Assembly: GCA_013239625.1 (NCBI GenBank)
Contig: MU053216.1
Location: 868,001-932,000 of the forward strand
DNA length: 64,000 nucleotides
Reading direction: 5' to 3'
Source of the DNA: Lama guanicoe
Lineage: Eukaryota
The notes under the pieces are model-generated. The model was not told where the DNA came from. It saw nothing but the letters and a program-made list of their open reading frames with translations, and ran no database searches. The position numbers and the translations under genes are program-made. Shown here one piece after another: positions 1-11,960 of the stretch (its first letter is position 1; each line of letters begins with the position of its first letter).

Positions 1-1529
1 GTGCGATATCCTTGCCCGAGATGGACCCTGTGACCTCAGCCAGGGCGGGAGCAGAGGCGGTGCGGGGACCCTGCCCCTCCCCTGAGACCCCGAGGAAGCA
101 GTGGCGCTCTGCCGTCTACCAGACCCTTCAGACAGAGCTGGGGAGGCTGGTCCTCCCGCCCAGCCCAGGGGCTCCCGCAGCCGGTCTGCGGGACGGCAAA
201 GCGAATGTCCTCTCGCCCGCCCATCGGATGGTAATCGTGAGCGGTACCGGGTGGGTGAGGTCATCAGGCCCGCGCGATGTTGCACACACATGAGGAAGCC
301 ATTACTGACAAAACTGCAGATGTGAAAATAGAGCTGCACATAGTTTCCTGGTTACCACATGCTAGTGCTGATGGACTTTTAGTGCCAGCGAAATGTGGCT
401 TCCTTCTGGCCCCCGCCACAGCCCACCTCCCCGCACGTGCGCTCACTGTGGGAGGCGTGGCTGACTTTCTAGACGCCCCGTGTCTCCCCCACGACCCTCC
501 TCCCCAGGGCTCACCGCGGAAGGGGGGTGATGCTATCCTGACCACCGCTGGGGGCCGGGCCGGCGCAGGACCAACAGAGCCAGCTCCAGGCCGAGAGGGA
601 CACCCGCCACCCCCTGCAGGGGACAAAGAAGGCCGGGCCAGCCGTCACCGGTGTCCAGTGACATCAGGGTCAGGCTGTGTCCAAGCCCCAGCTTTGCCAC
701 TGGAGCAGGGCCCTGAGACGAGGCTGAGAGACAAACCCTCCAGACAGGCTCAGGTTTGCCAAAGCAAGTCCTCTCCTTTCTTGGGATGAACCCTCCTTGC
801 AAGCTGAAGGGTGGTGCTGGTTCCCTACAGGGCAGAGTCTCGGGCACCTCTGCAGCGGACCACAGCCGTCCTCTAGGCGCGTCTTAATGGTGCAAGCAAA
901 TGCACACACACCCCTAAACCCTGCAAGGAGCAGAATCGGACCCCCTGGGGCCTGACCCACGCACACAAGGCGCTCGCCCACCTCTCCTCACCCCTCCACC
1001 CAGACACCTCCTGAGACCTGCTGCGACGCGACGGCCGTGCCTCGGCCCGCGGCCCTCGGGGAGCACCACTCGCTTGTTCGTGAATCGGGGGCCTCCTCGG
1101 GAGGCGCACATTCTGGTTCCCAAGGTGCTGAGGTGCCGTGAACAGCACTGTGCGCGTCGGGGGTGGGGTTCTGGCTACAGGAGGCTGTGGGGAGGTGGCC
1201 GCATGGGCGTGGCCTGCTGATGTGGGTCTAGGGGAGGGAGCGCACGGCGGGCCACTGGTCAGGTGGCCCTGCACTGCCTCCCAGCTACACACGCAGCACC
1301 TTCCAGGATAAACAGGATGCCCGCTGGCCGCTTTCCTTCCCTGACTTGCTCGGGGGTGGGAGGGCCAACCCTGCAAGGAGTCAGGTGTGGCGAGAACTCT
1401 AAGTGCAACTAATAGGTCGCGGCCTTGGCGTGAAGAGATGTGGCCGTTTGGCCGGGCCACTCCTCCCACGTGGACGGTGAGAGAGTTCTGGTCCAGCGGC
1501 CTCTCCCCCAGAAGTCTGCCCTCACTTAC

Positions 1530-1633
1530 CCCTGCACGGGAGGCTCTCCTCAGTCCCGCCGGGGGGGCCAGAGTAGCCATCAGGAGCCCAGCTGCCCTGG
1601 CAGAGGGGGCCAGGTTCCTGGTCTGTCTGCGCC
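1530..1633 (-). CDS. Neuron navigator-like protein, next coding exon (104 bp, phase 2 to 1): (R)AQTDQEPGPLCQGSWAPDGYSGPPGGTEESLPCR(G)
   Basis: Acceptor ccttttgtgtcccgcag| and donor AGGG|gtaagt. It joins the 5716 donor in frame to give PFQYR-AQTD, equivalent to NAV2 PFLYR-SQTD. Its length is similar to the NAV2 segment preceding DPEARRLRTVKNIADLRQNLEE (recalled). Confidence 0.85.
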
Positions 1634-4600
1634 CTGCGGGACACAAAAGGGTGGTCACTCATGGTGGAGGCTGCCCTGGCCTCAAAGCCTCTCCCCGGGG
1701 CTATGGAAACCCCTTGAAACCTGGTTCTTCCCCTCTGCTGTACCCTGCACCCCTCTGAACTGGGCCCCCAGTGGGCACACATGTGCACCCCAGCGAGCAG
1801 CAGGCCTTCTAGGCAAAATGAGGCTGGGTCGGGGGTGGGGGCACCCCGTGTCACCAGGACACCTGATGCCAGTGGCCCTTTAGTGTCTACCGATTCCTAG
1901 GAACATGAGTCACCCATGGGGCAGGCAGCAGGACCCCCAGTGACGCTGGGCCTTGGGTCCCACGTCCTGCTGTGCACCCTGCCCTCCGGCTGTACACACG
2001 CCCAGAGAGGGGCTCCCTCTGAGGCAGAGGTCACTGATCCCGCAGGAGAGTCTGGGGGGCCCGGTCCTCACAGTCCAGGCAGCGAGGGGGTCAGAGAGGA
2101 GGGCCAGCCCTGCCAGGATCACAGCGACTCTCGGGAGAAGTCCTGGCTGGGCCAAGCAAGAAGGAAGGGTGAGGCCTCCCAAGCGCACGCAGACATCCGA
2201 GCACAACCCAGCCGTACAATCGCTCCTGGGAACAAAGGCTGTAGGAGCTTTTATTATAGGCAATTACCCGGCTCTCAGAGCTGGCCCGCCCACCGTCCGC
2301 CCGCTGTCTCCAGCTAAATGGACCCCTTGGCAGCTTGGCAGTGGGCGTGGGGAAGGCGGTACAGCGGGAGGAGAAACCAACGGTGGGCCAGGCCGGGGCC
2401 AGGGCGAGGCTGGGGCCCTGTGAGTCTCAGCACTACTGAGATGTGCCTTCCCCTCTCTCCAGTCTGCACTTCTCCAGCACACTGGGTCCAGCTGTTAACT
2501 CGCTGTGTAACGCAGAGCACGTGTCAGACACCCAGGTCAGCCTGACGGTCGGTCGGGGGCTGGGTGAGGGGCTTGCCGGCTTTTCAAAGCCAGGCAGGCA
2601 GTTGTGAGGCCTTGAGGGTCTGCAGGCCTCTGAGCTGGGGTGGGGACGGAGCAGGCTGGGGGAACTCAGAGGCAGCAGGGGGCCCCACCTTGCCTGGGGA
2701 CTGCTAGGAGTGACGCGGTCAGCCACCACGTGCCCCACAGGGACGGAACACCACGGGACAAAGGGAAACCAGAATTGGTTGGTTTCTTGGAAGAAACGAG
2801 CAGAGACCCAGGTTCCTGGAGGAGAGGCTGCAACACATTGGTGAGACGGTGACAGGACGTCCTGCTGGAGAAGGGGATTCTCTACGGTGCGTCACTGAAT
2901 GGCATCACTTGTGCAGAGCCTGGCCGCCCCGCCCAGGGCGGCAGGCAGTGCCGGTAGACGCAGGAACCGTTTGCTGTTCGTTAACATTGCCGCCATCAGG
3001 CAAGGGCCAGTGCCGGTGCACGTGGGCCAGGCACGCCCGTCCCGGGGCAGCAGGGAAGGCGGCCTTCACTGCGCTCACCTCGGGCAGGGCTGCGCTTCCG
3101 TGCCCACCTGCCTCCGCCGCCCCGCCCAGGCTGCCGTGGCCCCCTCATTTCCCAGCCCGAGCGGACAGCACCATCTACTCTGGAAGGGAGTTGAAGGCTG
3201 AACCAGAGGGAAGAAAACCCATGACCGGACACTCCCGCCGCCCTTAACCGCACCCTCCTAACCGAAGTCTGACCAAAGGCCCGCGGCGGGGGGAGGGGAG
3301 ACCTGCCCGGGAAGAAACCACCTCCGGGGCCCTTCTCCAGGAGGGCAGGGGCGAGTGAGTTCGGGAGCTGAAGGAGCCAGATGTCTGAGGCCAGAGGGTC
3401 CGGAGCAGACCGTCTCTGGTCCTGGGGACAGGGGTGTCCAGAGGGAGGCTGTCCCTGGGTCCTGGGGAAGGATGGAGGAGCTGGCTGTGGCGGCAGGGCA
3501 GGGGATGACCGCCATGGCTTCATTCCCTGGAGAAGCAGGTCAGCCAGGAGCCACCTGGAGGCAGGGAGGGGAGACTGGAACCTTGGCTTGTGTGATGGGC
3601 TGGAGCTTTGCAGAGGAGGCCAAGGTACGGGGTGGAGGGGGTAGAGTCCCATGAAAACAGGGTCCGTGAGCTCCAGGGAGCAGATGGCACCTTCCTGCAA
3701 GGACGGCCCAGCCCCGCGCTTGGCTGAGTTGCCCAAGGCAGTAGCTCCAGGCTCTGCAGGGTGTGGGGGTTTGCACCCTGCCCACTGCCCACAGTGCTGT
3801 GGGGGGGTGTCCTTGGTCCCAGTGTTGCCCTGCCCGAACCATGACCCTCCTGCAACCCTGACCCAGGGCCTGGGACAGGCAGGGTCTAGGAGGTGGGATG
3901 GTGTGACACTTCTCCATTTAAAATGCAAACAGACAGCTGATGTTTGCTGAGCGGAGGCTGCATTGAATCGTTCACAGGAAGAAGTCCTGACCTCTTTGGA
4001 AAATGTCAGAATCGAAATCTGCCAGGAGGCTTGGAGGGTAGATGACGTAGGGTCTGAAACAGTGTAACTCCTGGACACTTTTCCCCTGAGAAGGAATTCA
4101 AAATGAAGGCGCTCAGGCAGGGGAAGCCAGTCCCGGAGTCCGCAGGGAGACAGGGCTCCGGCTGGAAAAGGGCCGCTCCCTGGAAGGGCTGCCCTGCATT
4201 TCTGCCTCCTCGGGTTCTCCCATCAGCTTGGGAGTCAGAGTGGAGAAGGTCACGGGGAAGACGTGAGCGGCTTCTCGGGAACGGGCGCTGGGTGTGCAGG
4301 GCGCCGTTGGGAGAGACACCATGAGAGGCGGGGGTTGGGGGGAGGATTCCGCTGGGGGAGGAGCCGGCTGGGGTCCGCAGTGACGGGAAGCCCACGGCCG
4401 TGGGTGCCTTGTAAACCCCTCTGCTTGCTGGGAAGTTCTTCCTCCTGAGCTTCAGATCTCCCCTGACGTCCAACCACCACGACGCTGACTCGTGCTCCGG
4501 AGCTGCACATTTCAGAACAGCTCTCAGACCCTCTCTCAGCCTTCCTTTTCCAGAGCAAACTGCTCCGGCTCCTTTAATCATTCCTCTAACACCTTTTTGG

Positions 4601-5715
4601 CTCCCTCCCCAAACTGTCAGCCTTTCTCTAGATGTGTTTTCGTGCACCAGGGTCCTTTTAAAATGTGGAGCTGGTAACTGAGTGTAACCCTCTGAAGGAG
4701 GCCAGACGGGCAGAGGACAGGGAGCTCTCCCCTCCCTCGTCAGGGCCCAGCCTTCTGTCACTGTGGCTAAGACAGCTGCAGACATCTCAGGGGTCAAGTC
4801 GCACTCTTGGCTTCCAGTGAAGAGTTGCAGCTCCCAGCAGACTCCACCCCAGCCCAGACGCTGCAACAACGCCCCCGGAGACTCTCCGTGTCCAGGGAGC
4901 TCCTCCCAAATCCAGAGTGAGCGGGCCCTCGAACCCAGACAGAGCACAAACCCAGGAAGTTAGGCTGGTCAGGAAGGCACCGAATTTGCATCTGGGCATC
5001 TCCAAACCATGTCGTACTTAGTAATTAGAAGGCTGTTTACTCACTGTGGCCGTTTTAGGAAAGAGTTACATTTTTATTGAGAAAGCAGTTGATGCAGGCG
5101 TTTTTCTGTGCTCTCGACTTGCCGCATCTGAAGGCTGGGCACACCAGCTTGTTCGCAGTGTTGGTAGGAGGTGGCCCAGCCCAGTGTGGCCACAGAAGAA
5201 GCCTGGTGGCTCACTTTTGGGACACTAGGCAGGTAAACAGATGTGCCCGGGGCAGGAGGGTGGGTGGAGAGAGAGGACACACAGGCGGACACGAGGGAGC
5301 CCTGGGAGCCCCGTGGAGGCCCCTTAGGACTTCAGGCAGCAGGAACTGAAGGCACAGACGTGAAGACGTACTCAGTCCGACTCACGGTGGTGGCGGCTGT
5401 CCTGGGTGAGGTGGGTACAACCGACCGACCAGCCTACCCATGTACCTAGCTACCTCTTCATCCGTGGTACCTAGTGCACTGTCTCTGAGAGCAGGAGAGA
5501 TGGACCCACCAGGGGCACCCTCCTTGCCAGCCTCTGTGTCTTGTGGTGTCCCCAGAGTTGAATCAGGGTCCCCTTGTTCTGGCCTCAATCCTGCCCTGTT
5601 CTCCATGCCCTGCCCCGCCCACCTTCTGTTCGCTCCACCAGCCCCCTTCCCTCCATGGGCCCCTGTGTCCCAGCTCCATTCCTCGCTCCTCCTTCCGCCT
5701 GCCCCCGCTGCTCAC

Positions 5716-6413
5716 CTGTACTGGAAGGGGGCCACCGTGGCTGTGACCGGCTGGCTCTGCTGATGGGCAGAGGAGAAGCTGATGGGCCCTAGGGCGGGGG
5801 CCGGGCGGGGGCTGTGCACAGGGCTGCAGACTGGAGAGGACGGCCCGGAAGCTGCCCTGGTGTCAGGTTCCAACGACCTGGGGCCCCCGGAGCTTCTGTA
5901 GGTCAGATCTCTTTGATCTTTTCCTGGGTAGTTAGATGGAGCCCCTGGTATCTGAGTTTCTCCATGAGAACTGGTCCGGAAGGGGCTCCTGCCCCGAGTC
6001 TGGTGAGCCGGAACCCCTTCCGGGGCCACCTTCTTCCTTCCCTGGGCACCCTGTGTCTCCCCAGCTCTTCTGGACCCAGTCCGGCTAGAGAGGACTGCTT
6101 TGGGGGCCGTCCTGGGACTGCTCCATGGGGCGCCAGCGTGGCTCTCAGCAACCTCGGCTGACTCCCTGGCAGCCCCAGGAGCCTTGGGGGAGCCTCTCCC
6201 CCGGGACGCCTTAGGAGATGAGCCTCTGGAAGGGCCTCCAGCCTTGCCCAGTCTTGGGGAGGCCGCCCGCTGGGGGCTCAGGGCCAGGCCGGCCTGGCGT
6301 GGCCGCAGCCGGGGAGATACAGCCGGTGTCTGCATCCTGGTCTGGGAAGCAGCGCGAGGCACGGGGATGGAGGAGGCGTAGTGGGTGCGGCTGGCAGAGT
6401 TCACACTGGCCAT
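5716..6413 (-). CDS. Neuron navigator-like protein (NAV/unc-53 family), first evident coding exon (232 codons + 2 nt)
   Basis: ATG at 6413 in strong Kozak context (gggATGG). Open frame MASVNSASRTHYASSIPVPRA...HQQSQPVTATVAPFQYR. The C-terminal motif matches NAV2/NAV3 (HPNTATVAPF[L/I]YR, recalled). Acceptor ctctcctctccctgcag| puts the exon start at 6451, and the donor is TACAG|gtgagc at 5716/5715 (phase 2). Confidence 0.88.
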
Positions 6414-7459
6414 CCCGTCCACGGTCAGCGAGGCCGGCGGGGACTACAGCACTGCAGGGAGAGGAGAGTGGATGGTCAGGTGCTGTCCCCGAGCCTATGA
6501 AGACCGTGTGGGGTGGCAGGACAAGGCTCTGGGACTCCTGAGCTCACTTCTGGCTCGGTCCTGGGCTGCCTGCCCAGTTCCAGGCAAACCCCTTCCCCTC
6601 TTGCTCTGAAAGGCTATTTGAGGCTCATGTGCAAACACATATGTGCAAATGCTCCCTGAATTGCAGCTCGCTGTATGATGGGGTCATTGAACCCTCCTCG
6701 ACTCCGCTCCTGCCCACTGATAGGGGCAGACTCCCATTCTCCCAGCCCCTCCCTCTCGGATCATTCTTTGTACCTGAGTCTAGAATGTTCTGCCCATGGT
6801 GAACCAACTCCCTATGCCGTCAGCCTGCACCTGCCACTTGTCCATTTAACTGACACCCAGCTCTCCCCAGGACACCTCCCCAGGGGGGTGGAACCTTCCA
6901 GACCCACCAGCCCATCACGATTACAAATTATAAACGTGAACCCCCCCTTCCCCTTGGCCAGGATCCCACTACCTAGCCCATCCCAGCCTCTGTCACCAGT
7001 GCCATCTCCCCTGCCCCCACCACTGCTCCCACTCCCCCAGGCACTGGCGACTGGGGCACTCGGCTAGCAGTCTTTCCAGCCCATTCTTACCCAGCTCCTG
7101 ACCTGGCAAAACTGGCCCCTCCATCCCCTCCTCTAGTGTCAGAGATGCATGTCCCCTCCATAAGATAAAGGGAGACCCCTCTACATGCCCCCTGCCACCT
7201 GCCCCCAGTCCCTCTCTCTGGACCCAGACCCATGAATTATCCCATCTTCCTCCTGTATCAACCTCTCCTCCTTGACCAGCTTCCCCTCCCTGCCACGTTA
7301 ATTAATGAATTCGTTAATCTATTAATCGCTTTCATTTCAGAGGGAATTTGAAGCCAGCTACAAGGATGCACGCAACGAACTCCCGAGGGAAGAAAGAGCT
7401 CAGTGTGGAGAGCCAGCCCCCGAAGAGCTCGCAGGACACATGCAAGGGCGTCTCCGTGA

Positions 7460-7900
7460 CTTTGTTGTGGGAAAGGCCTCTATAAACACCACATCGAAGG
7501 CAGGAGTCTTAAAGGGAACCTGATGGGTTTGAGGGCATAAAGATTAAAATCCCTGCGTGGACAAAAAGGCCCTTTCCAAAGGTTCAGACCATCAATAAAC
7601 TGCAAACATACTCGCACCATACATGAGAGGCAAGGAACTGACACCATCGCGTACAGGGAGCTCCACCACGGAGAGAAAAAGCTCATACCCCCAGAAAGAG
7701 AGGCCCCAGGGCTGAACAAGAATCCACAAAATCATAAAAAAAATCGGCCAAACCGTAACAAAAACAAAGAGCGTCATGAAAACTGAAGAGACGCAAATTA
7801 AGTAAGTTTCATTTGTTGCTCTCAAATTTACTCTCTTAGAAAATGATCTTTGCCAGTCTTGGTATGAGAGCGGGGCCCCAGGAGAAGCTGTCCTTGGGGA
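7460..7900 (+). mobile_element. Ancient L1 (L1ME-like) ORF2 3' fragment, GC-drifted
   Basis: Collinear degenerate match to L1 3' ORF2 (cataaagattaaaat...aaactgcaaacatactcgca...gagctcc...acgcaaattaa). Confidence 0.6.
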
Positions 7901-9799
7901 GTGCTCTCAGACGCAGGCAAACATTTACACGAGGAAGACGCTCACGGTGGCTCCTGAGGGCAAGCCAGCCTTGGGTGGAGACGGAGGCGGAGGACATCGG
8001 CACAGAGGAAAGGCCACCAGAGCACGGCCGGTCACCCAGGACCACGGGGACGTGCCCTTCCTACTGAGCAGAGAGCTGTCGGCAGCAGCACGGGGTTGTT
8101 GATGGCTGGTGCCGACCCCTCCCCGACCTCTGACCCTGTGGTCCGGGTGGTTACAGCTCAGATGTAAGAAGCCGGCGTAGACCTTTGAGCGTCGACGGGT
8201 TTATGGAGCCACAGCTTGAAATGACTGTGGGACTCAAGGCTGCTGTACTGACAGATGAAGTAACTTCCACGAGAACCAGAAATGCCCGGACCCCTCCCCC
8301 CTTCCTCCACGCCACACGTCGATGACCTGATCCCAGCAGCGGACGAGCAGGAGCACGCCCACCTCCTCCAGCAGAGAAGGACCGAGCAGCCTGTGCGATC
8401 ACAGCCACGGCAGCTCCTCCACCCCTCCAGTCAGCCATCCTCCGGATCCACGGGCACATCTGGGGCTCGCCTGACCCCACCTCCTCCCCGTCTGCTCGTG
8501 CACCCCGACCACCCACGAGCCACAGCCTGAAACGACAGGCTGAGTGGCCCTCTGCTTGCCATGTCCCCAGCCCAGCACACCAAGGACAGCCGGGCAGGAG
8601 GGCTGGGAAGTCCTCCATCAAGGGACTCGGAGGGTGCCAAGCAGGGACTGCCCGTGGCTGTGAGAATTTGGGTAGATTTTTGGCTCTGTCTGCAAAATGG
8701 GAGTGATATGAAATCTATAGACTGCAGTCGGGTGGAGAAATGGAGCGTCTCCAAGACAAGACGAGAACACCGAACCTCACCCAGGCCTCGGGACCTGCAG
8801 CAGAACCTTCCCTGCAGAGGGGAGGGCAGCTTTACCACGCCACCCCTGCCCTCCACCCACCCCGCCAGCGATCAGCTCCACGCGTCTCTGACGATGCTGT
8901 GCAGGACCCTAGGCCCAAGTGCGGACTTGCTCACAGGTCACGTGGCCCTGAGCTGCTGACCTTGGCCTCCGGCACAGGGCTGGGCCACGCCCTGACTGGC
9001 TGAGCTAACCAGCTAACTGCCCACAAGAAGCCCCCGATCCCTGACCGGCTGCAGCCACAGCTCTGCGATGTCAGCATCCCCAGGTCCAGTCCTGCCTCTC
9101 CCCATCAAGCCCCCGGGTGGGGACAAAGCCATGCAGTGTCCCAGACCCCCACTCTGGGAGCTATGTCTGTGAGAGGACCCAGAACCACAACTTGCTCTGC
9201 CTGCATCTCTCCTGGGCCCTGCCCCACCCTGCCCACCAGGTGGTTCTGCCCAGGACCTTCCAGGAGCCCAACTCACCCACATTGTCTTCAGTGCATCCCC
9301 AGCTCCCCTACTGAGACTCTCCTGGGCCCGCATCTCAGGGCCCCGGGTGTCGATCTGGGCCTGGCTGGGTGTCCAGCCGGAGTGCCCTGAGGCCGAGGGG
9401 CCCACCTCGCCCTCTCTCGCTGATGGAGCAGAGGCAGTTGAGGCTTTTCCTCCATCTTTCCCTCAGGTTTTCAAAAGCTCGCTGGGAGAGGATTTAAACC
9501 GTCCTGTGGGTGGTCACAGCAGCCATGCTCTCCCTCTGCCCCGCCGTCACCTGGACCCGGAGCAGCAGGTGCAGGGGGGGTGGGGGCAACCACTGTCCCA
9601 GGTGGGAGCCTGGGGGAGTCAGACCACCTGTGAGGGGGGAGGGCTCCCCAAGCACAGGGAGTGGTTTCAGCCTGGCAGGAAAGGAGCTTCCCAGTTTGCC
9701 TTCAGAGAGAGAGCTCACAGGTGCTCAGTGTCTTTAAAAGGATGTCAAAGGAAACAGACAGACCCCTCTGTCCCACAGGGAGTAACAGTATCTCCCTTT

Positions 9800-9960
9800 C
9801 ACTGGGACACTGGTTCTAATCCTCACAGCAACCTCGCATCAGGCAGGCTGTATCATCCTCACAACAAGGAAAGGACAGGGAGGCTGAGGAGGCTGAGTGA
9901 GCTGCCCCAGGACCGGCAAGGCTGCAGCGGGAGCACCGTGGGAATCAGAGGCAGGTGGGT
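9800..9960 (-). mobile_element. MIR SINE fragment
   Basis: taatcctcacagcaacc...gaggctgagtgagctgcccc is the reverse MIR core. Confidence 0.55.
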
Positions 9961-10069
9961 AGGGCTCCGAGGCCCAGGGACAGACACCCCAGCCACCCTG
10001 CCCGATGCACGTGCAGCCACAGCCACACACAGGCAGCACGTGCCCCAGGAATGCGTCTGCTGCTGAGGG

Positions 10070-10557
10070 CAGTATGGGGATTCCCTAAGAAACTGAAAAT
10101 AGACTTACCCTGCGATCCAGCAGTCCCTCTCCTGGGCATATGTCCAGAGAAAACTCTAATTCAGAAAGACACCTGCACCCCAGTGTTCACAGAAGCACTA
10201 TATAAAGTAGCCAAGACATGGAAGCAACCTAAATGTCCATCAACAGATGCCTGGATAAAGAAGCTGTGGTACATTTATACAATGGCATACTACTCAGCCA
10301 TAAAAAAGAACAAAATAATGCCATTTGCAGTGACATGGCTGGACCTAGAAATCATAATACTAAGTGAAATCAGTCAGAAAGAGAAAGAAAAATACCATAT
10401 GATATCACTCATATGTGGAATCTAAAAAGTAAAAAGTACGCAAATGAACATATTCACAAAACAGAGACAGGCTCACAGATACAGAAAACAGACTTATGGT
10501 TCCCAGGGGCGGGGGAGGGGGTAAATTAGGAGTTTGGGTTCTGCAGGTACTACTACT
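10070..10557 (+). mobile_element. Cetartiodactyl-type L1 3' fragment (ORF2 C-terminus plus start of 3' UTR)
   Basis: Translates as L1 ORF2p C-terminus (LKIDLPCDPAVPLLGI...WKQPKCPS...WIKKLWYIYT..YYSAIKK...ILSEISQ...YHMISLICGI*), followed by the 3' UTR aaacagagacaggctcacaga...taaattaggagtttggg. Confidence 0.95.
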
Positions 10558-10769
10558 GCTGCGCCTGTCAGTCTGCAGACGAGGCAGGACCTGGGAGGAC
10601 TCAGGAGGAGGCAGCAGCGAGTTGGGGGGGGGTTCAGGTCTGGGAAGCAGTGGACATGATGACTGAACGCCCCCCAGCCCCCGGGCCCATCCGCACTCCA
10701 ACACACAAACCCCGCTCTTCCAAGAGGCCCTGGGTGGGGTCGTGGGTGCAGAGTGTAGTGCTGAGTGGG

Positions 10770-10950
10770 AAACTTGGTTCGCTGACAGCGTGACCTCAGG
10801 CGTACTCCACAACCTCTGTTTCCTCATCCGTGAAATGAGGCTGAGATGAAGACCTGCCTCTTGGAGCCACTCTGAGGATTAAGTTAGTTATAAACGTATG
10901 GCGCTTAGGACAGTGCCTGGCACCTGGTAAGGGCCCACCAAGTGTCGTCA
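10770..10950 (+). mobile_element. MIR SINE
   Basis: tgacctcagg...aacctctgtttcctcatccgtgaaatgagg...tgaggattaa...gcgcttaggacagtgcctggcac. Confidence 0.75.
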
Positions 10951-11784
10951 TCACGACCACAAGGACAAAGGTGCCCAGGGACGGAGACTGAGCCGCCTGG
11001 TCCCCGGGAGCCTCCAGCAGAGCAGAGGATCAGCGCCCGCCAGGCTGGGACCAGAGACAGGGCACCAACAGGAGGCACACCATCCATGCCGGCGGACAGG
11101 ACGTCGCCCAGTGTCCACTGGTGGCAGGGCCAGGAAGCCAACGGGGCAGAACGTGGGGGAGGAAAGGGCAAAGGCTTCCGACTCGGGAAGAGCCGCGTTC
11201 AAACCCCAGGTCTGCGGCTTGCTCTGTGACTTTGGAGAAGTGACTCAAAGTCCCGGGGGGAGGGGAGGGGGCGGCTCCCCCAGGTCTGTGGTCCTCGCCT
11301 GCCCCGCCGCCCCAGGCGCTGCCTCAGGGGCCCTGGTGCTGACAGGACAGCTCCCCCGCGCGGGGGCGTTAAGGGAGCCGTGACCCAAGTCGAGAATGCA
11401 GCAGGTCAGAGGCCCCTTTCAAAACGGTCAGACTATTTTAACCACAACATCCACCGGATGGATGTGCTAAATGAAATAGAGAGAAAAAAGAGAAATAAAT
11501 AAATACACAGAAAAGAGAATAAAAAGGGAAAAGTCTGCGGGGTGGGACTCCTGGGCACTGGTCCCACGGGCCCATCGTGGGCTGTGGGAATTTGGGCCAA
11601 GCATCTGCTCTCCCTGGTGTGTGGAGAGGGTGGAAAACCTGCCTCGCAGGAAGAGGGTGAGGACAACGAAGAACTCCAGGGCTGAGGACAGACCCCGCCC
11701 CCGGGAAGGTCCTGGAGTCAGGGCCACCCCTCCTCACCCCGCCCCGTCTTCCCAACACACCACCGCCACCCCCACCCCCACTGC

Positions 11785-11960
11785 AGGTCTAGCTCGTGGT
11801 CCTAAGCGAGTTACTTAACCCCCTTGGCCGGTTTCCTGATCTGTAAAATTGGGACCATCACCATCATCACCCCCGTCTCACGGTGCTGTTGTGGAAGTCA
11901 AGGGAGTTCCTGTAAGACAGTCATTTAGTGCATGGCCCATAGAAATCACCGAATAAAGGC
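11785..11960 (+). mobile_element. MIR SINE
   Basis: gagttacttaacc...gtttcctgatctgtaaaattggg MIR core. Confidence 0.7.

Noticed and set aside
264-300. 'CNIARA' as the possible next NAV exon (KNIADLRQNLEE)
   Set aside because: A stop follows immediately and there is no LRQNLEE. The true next exon is presumably left of the window.
2996-4947. 360-aa and 313-aa minus-strand ORFs
   Set aside because: They are intronic to the NAV-like gene with no homology. Only the 3079-3179 sub-segment has splice signals, reported separately.
7480-7825. Hydrophobic, membrane-like minus-strand ORFs
   Set aside because: They are the antisense reading of an A-rich L1 fragment.
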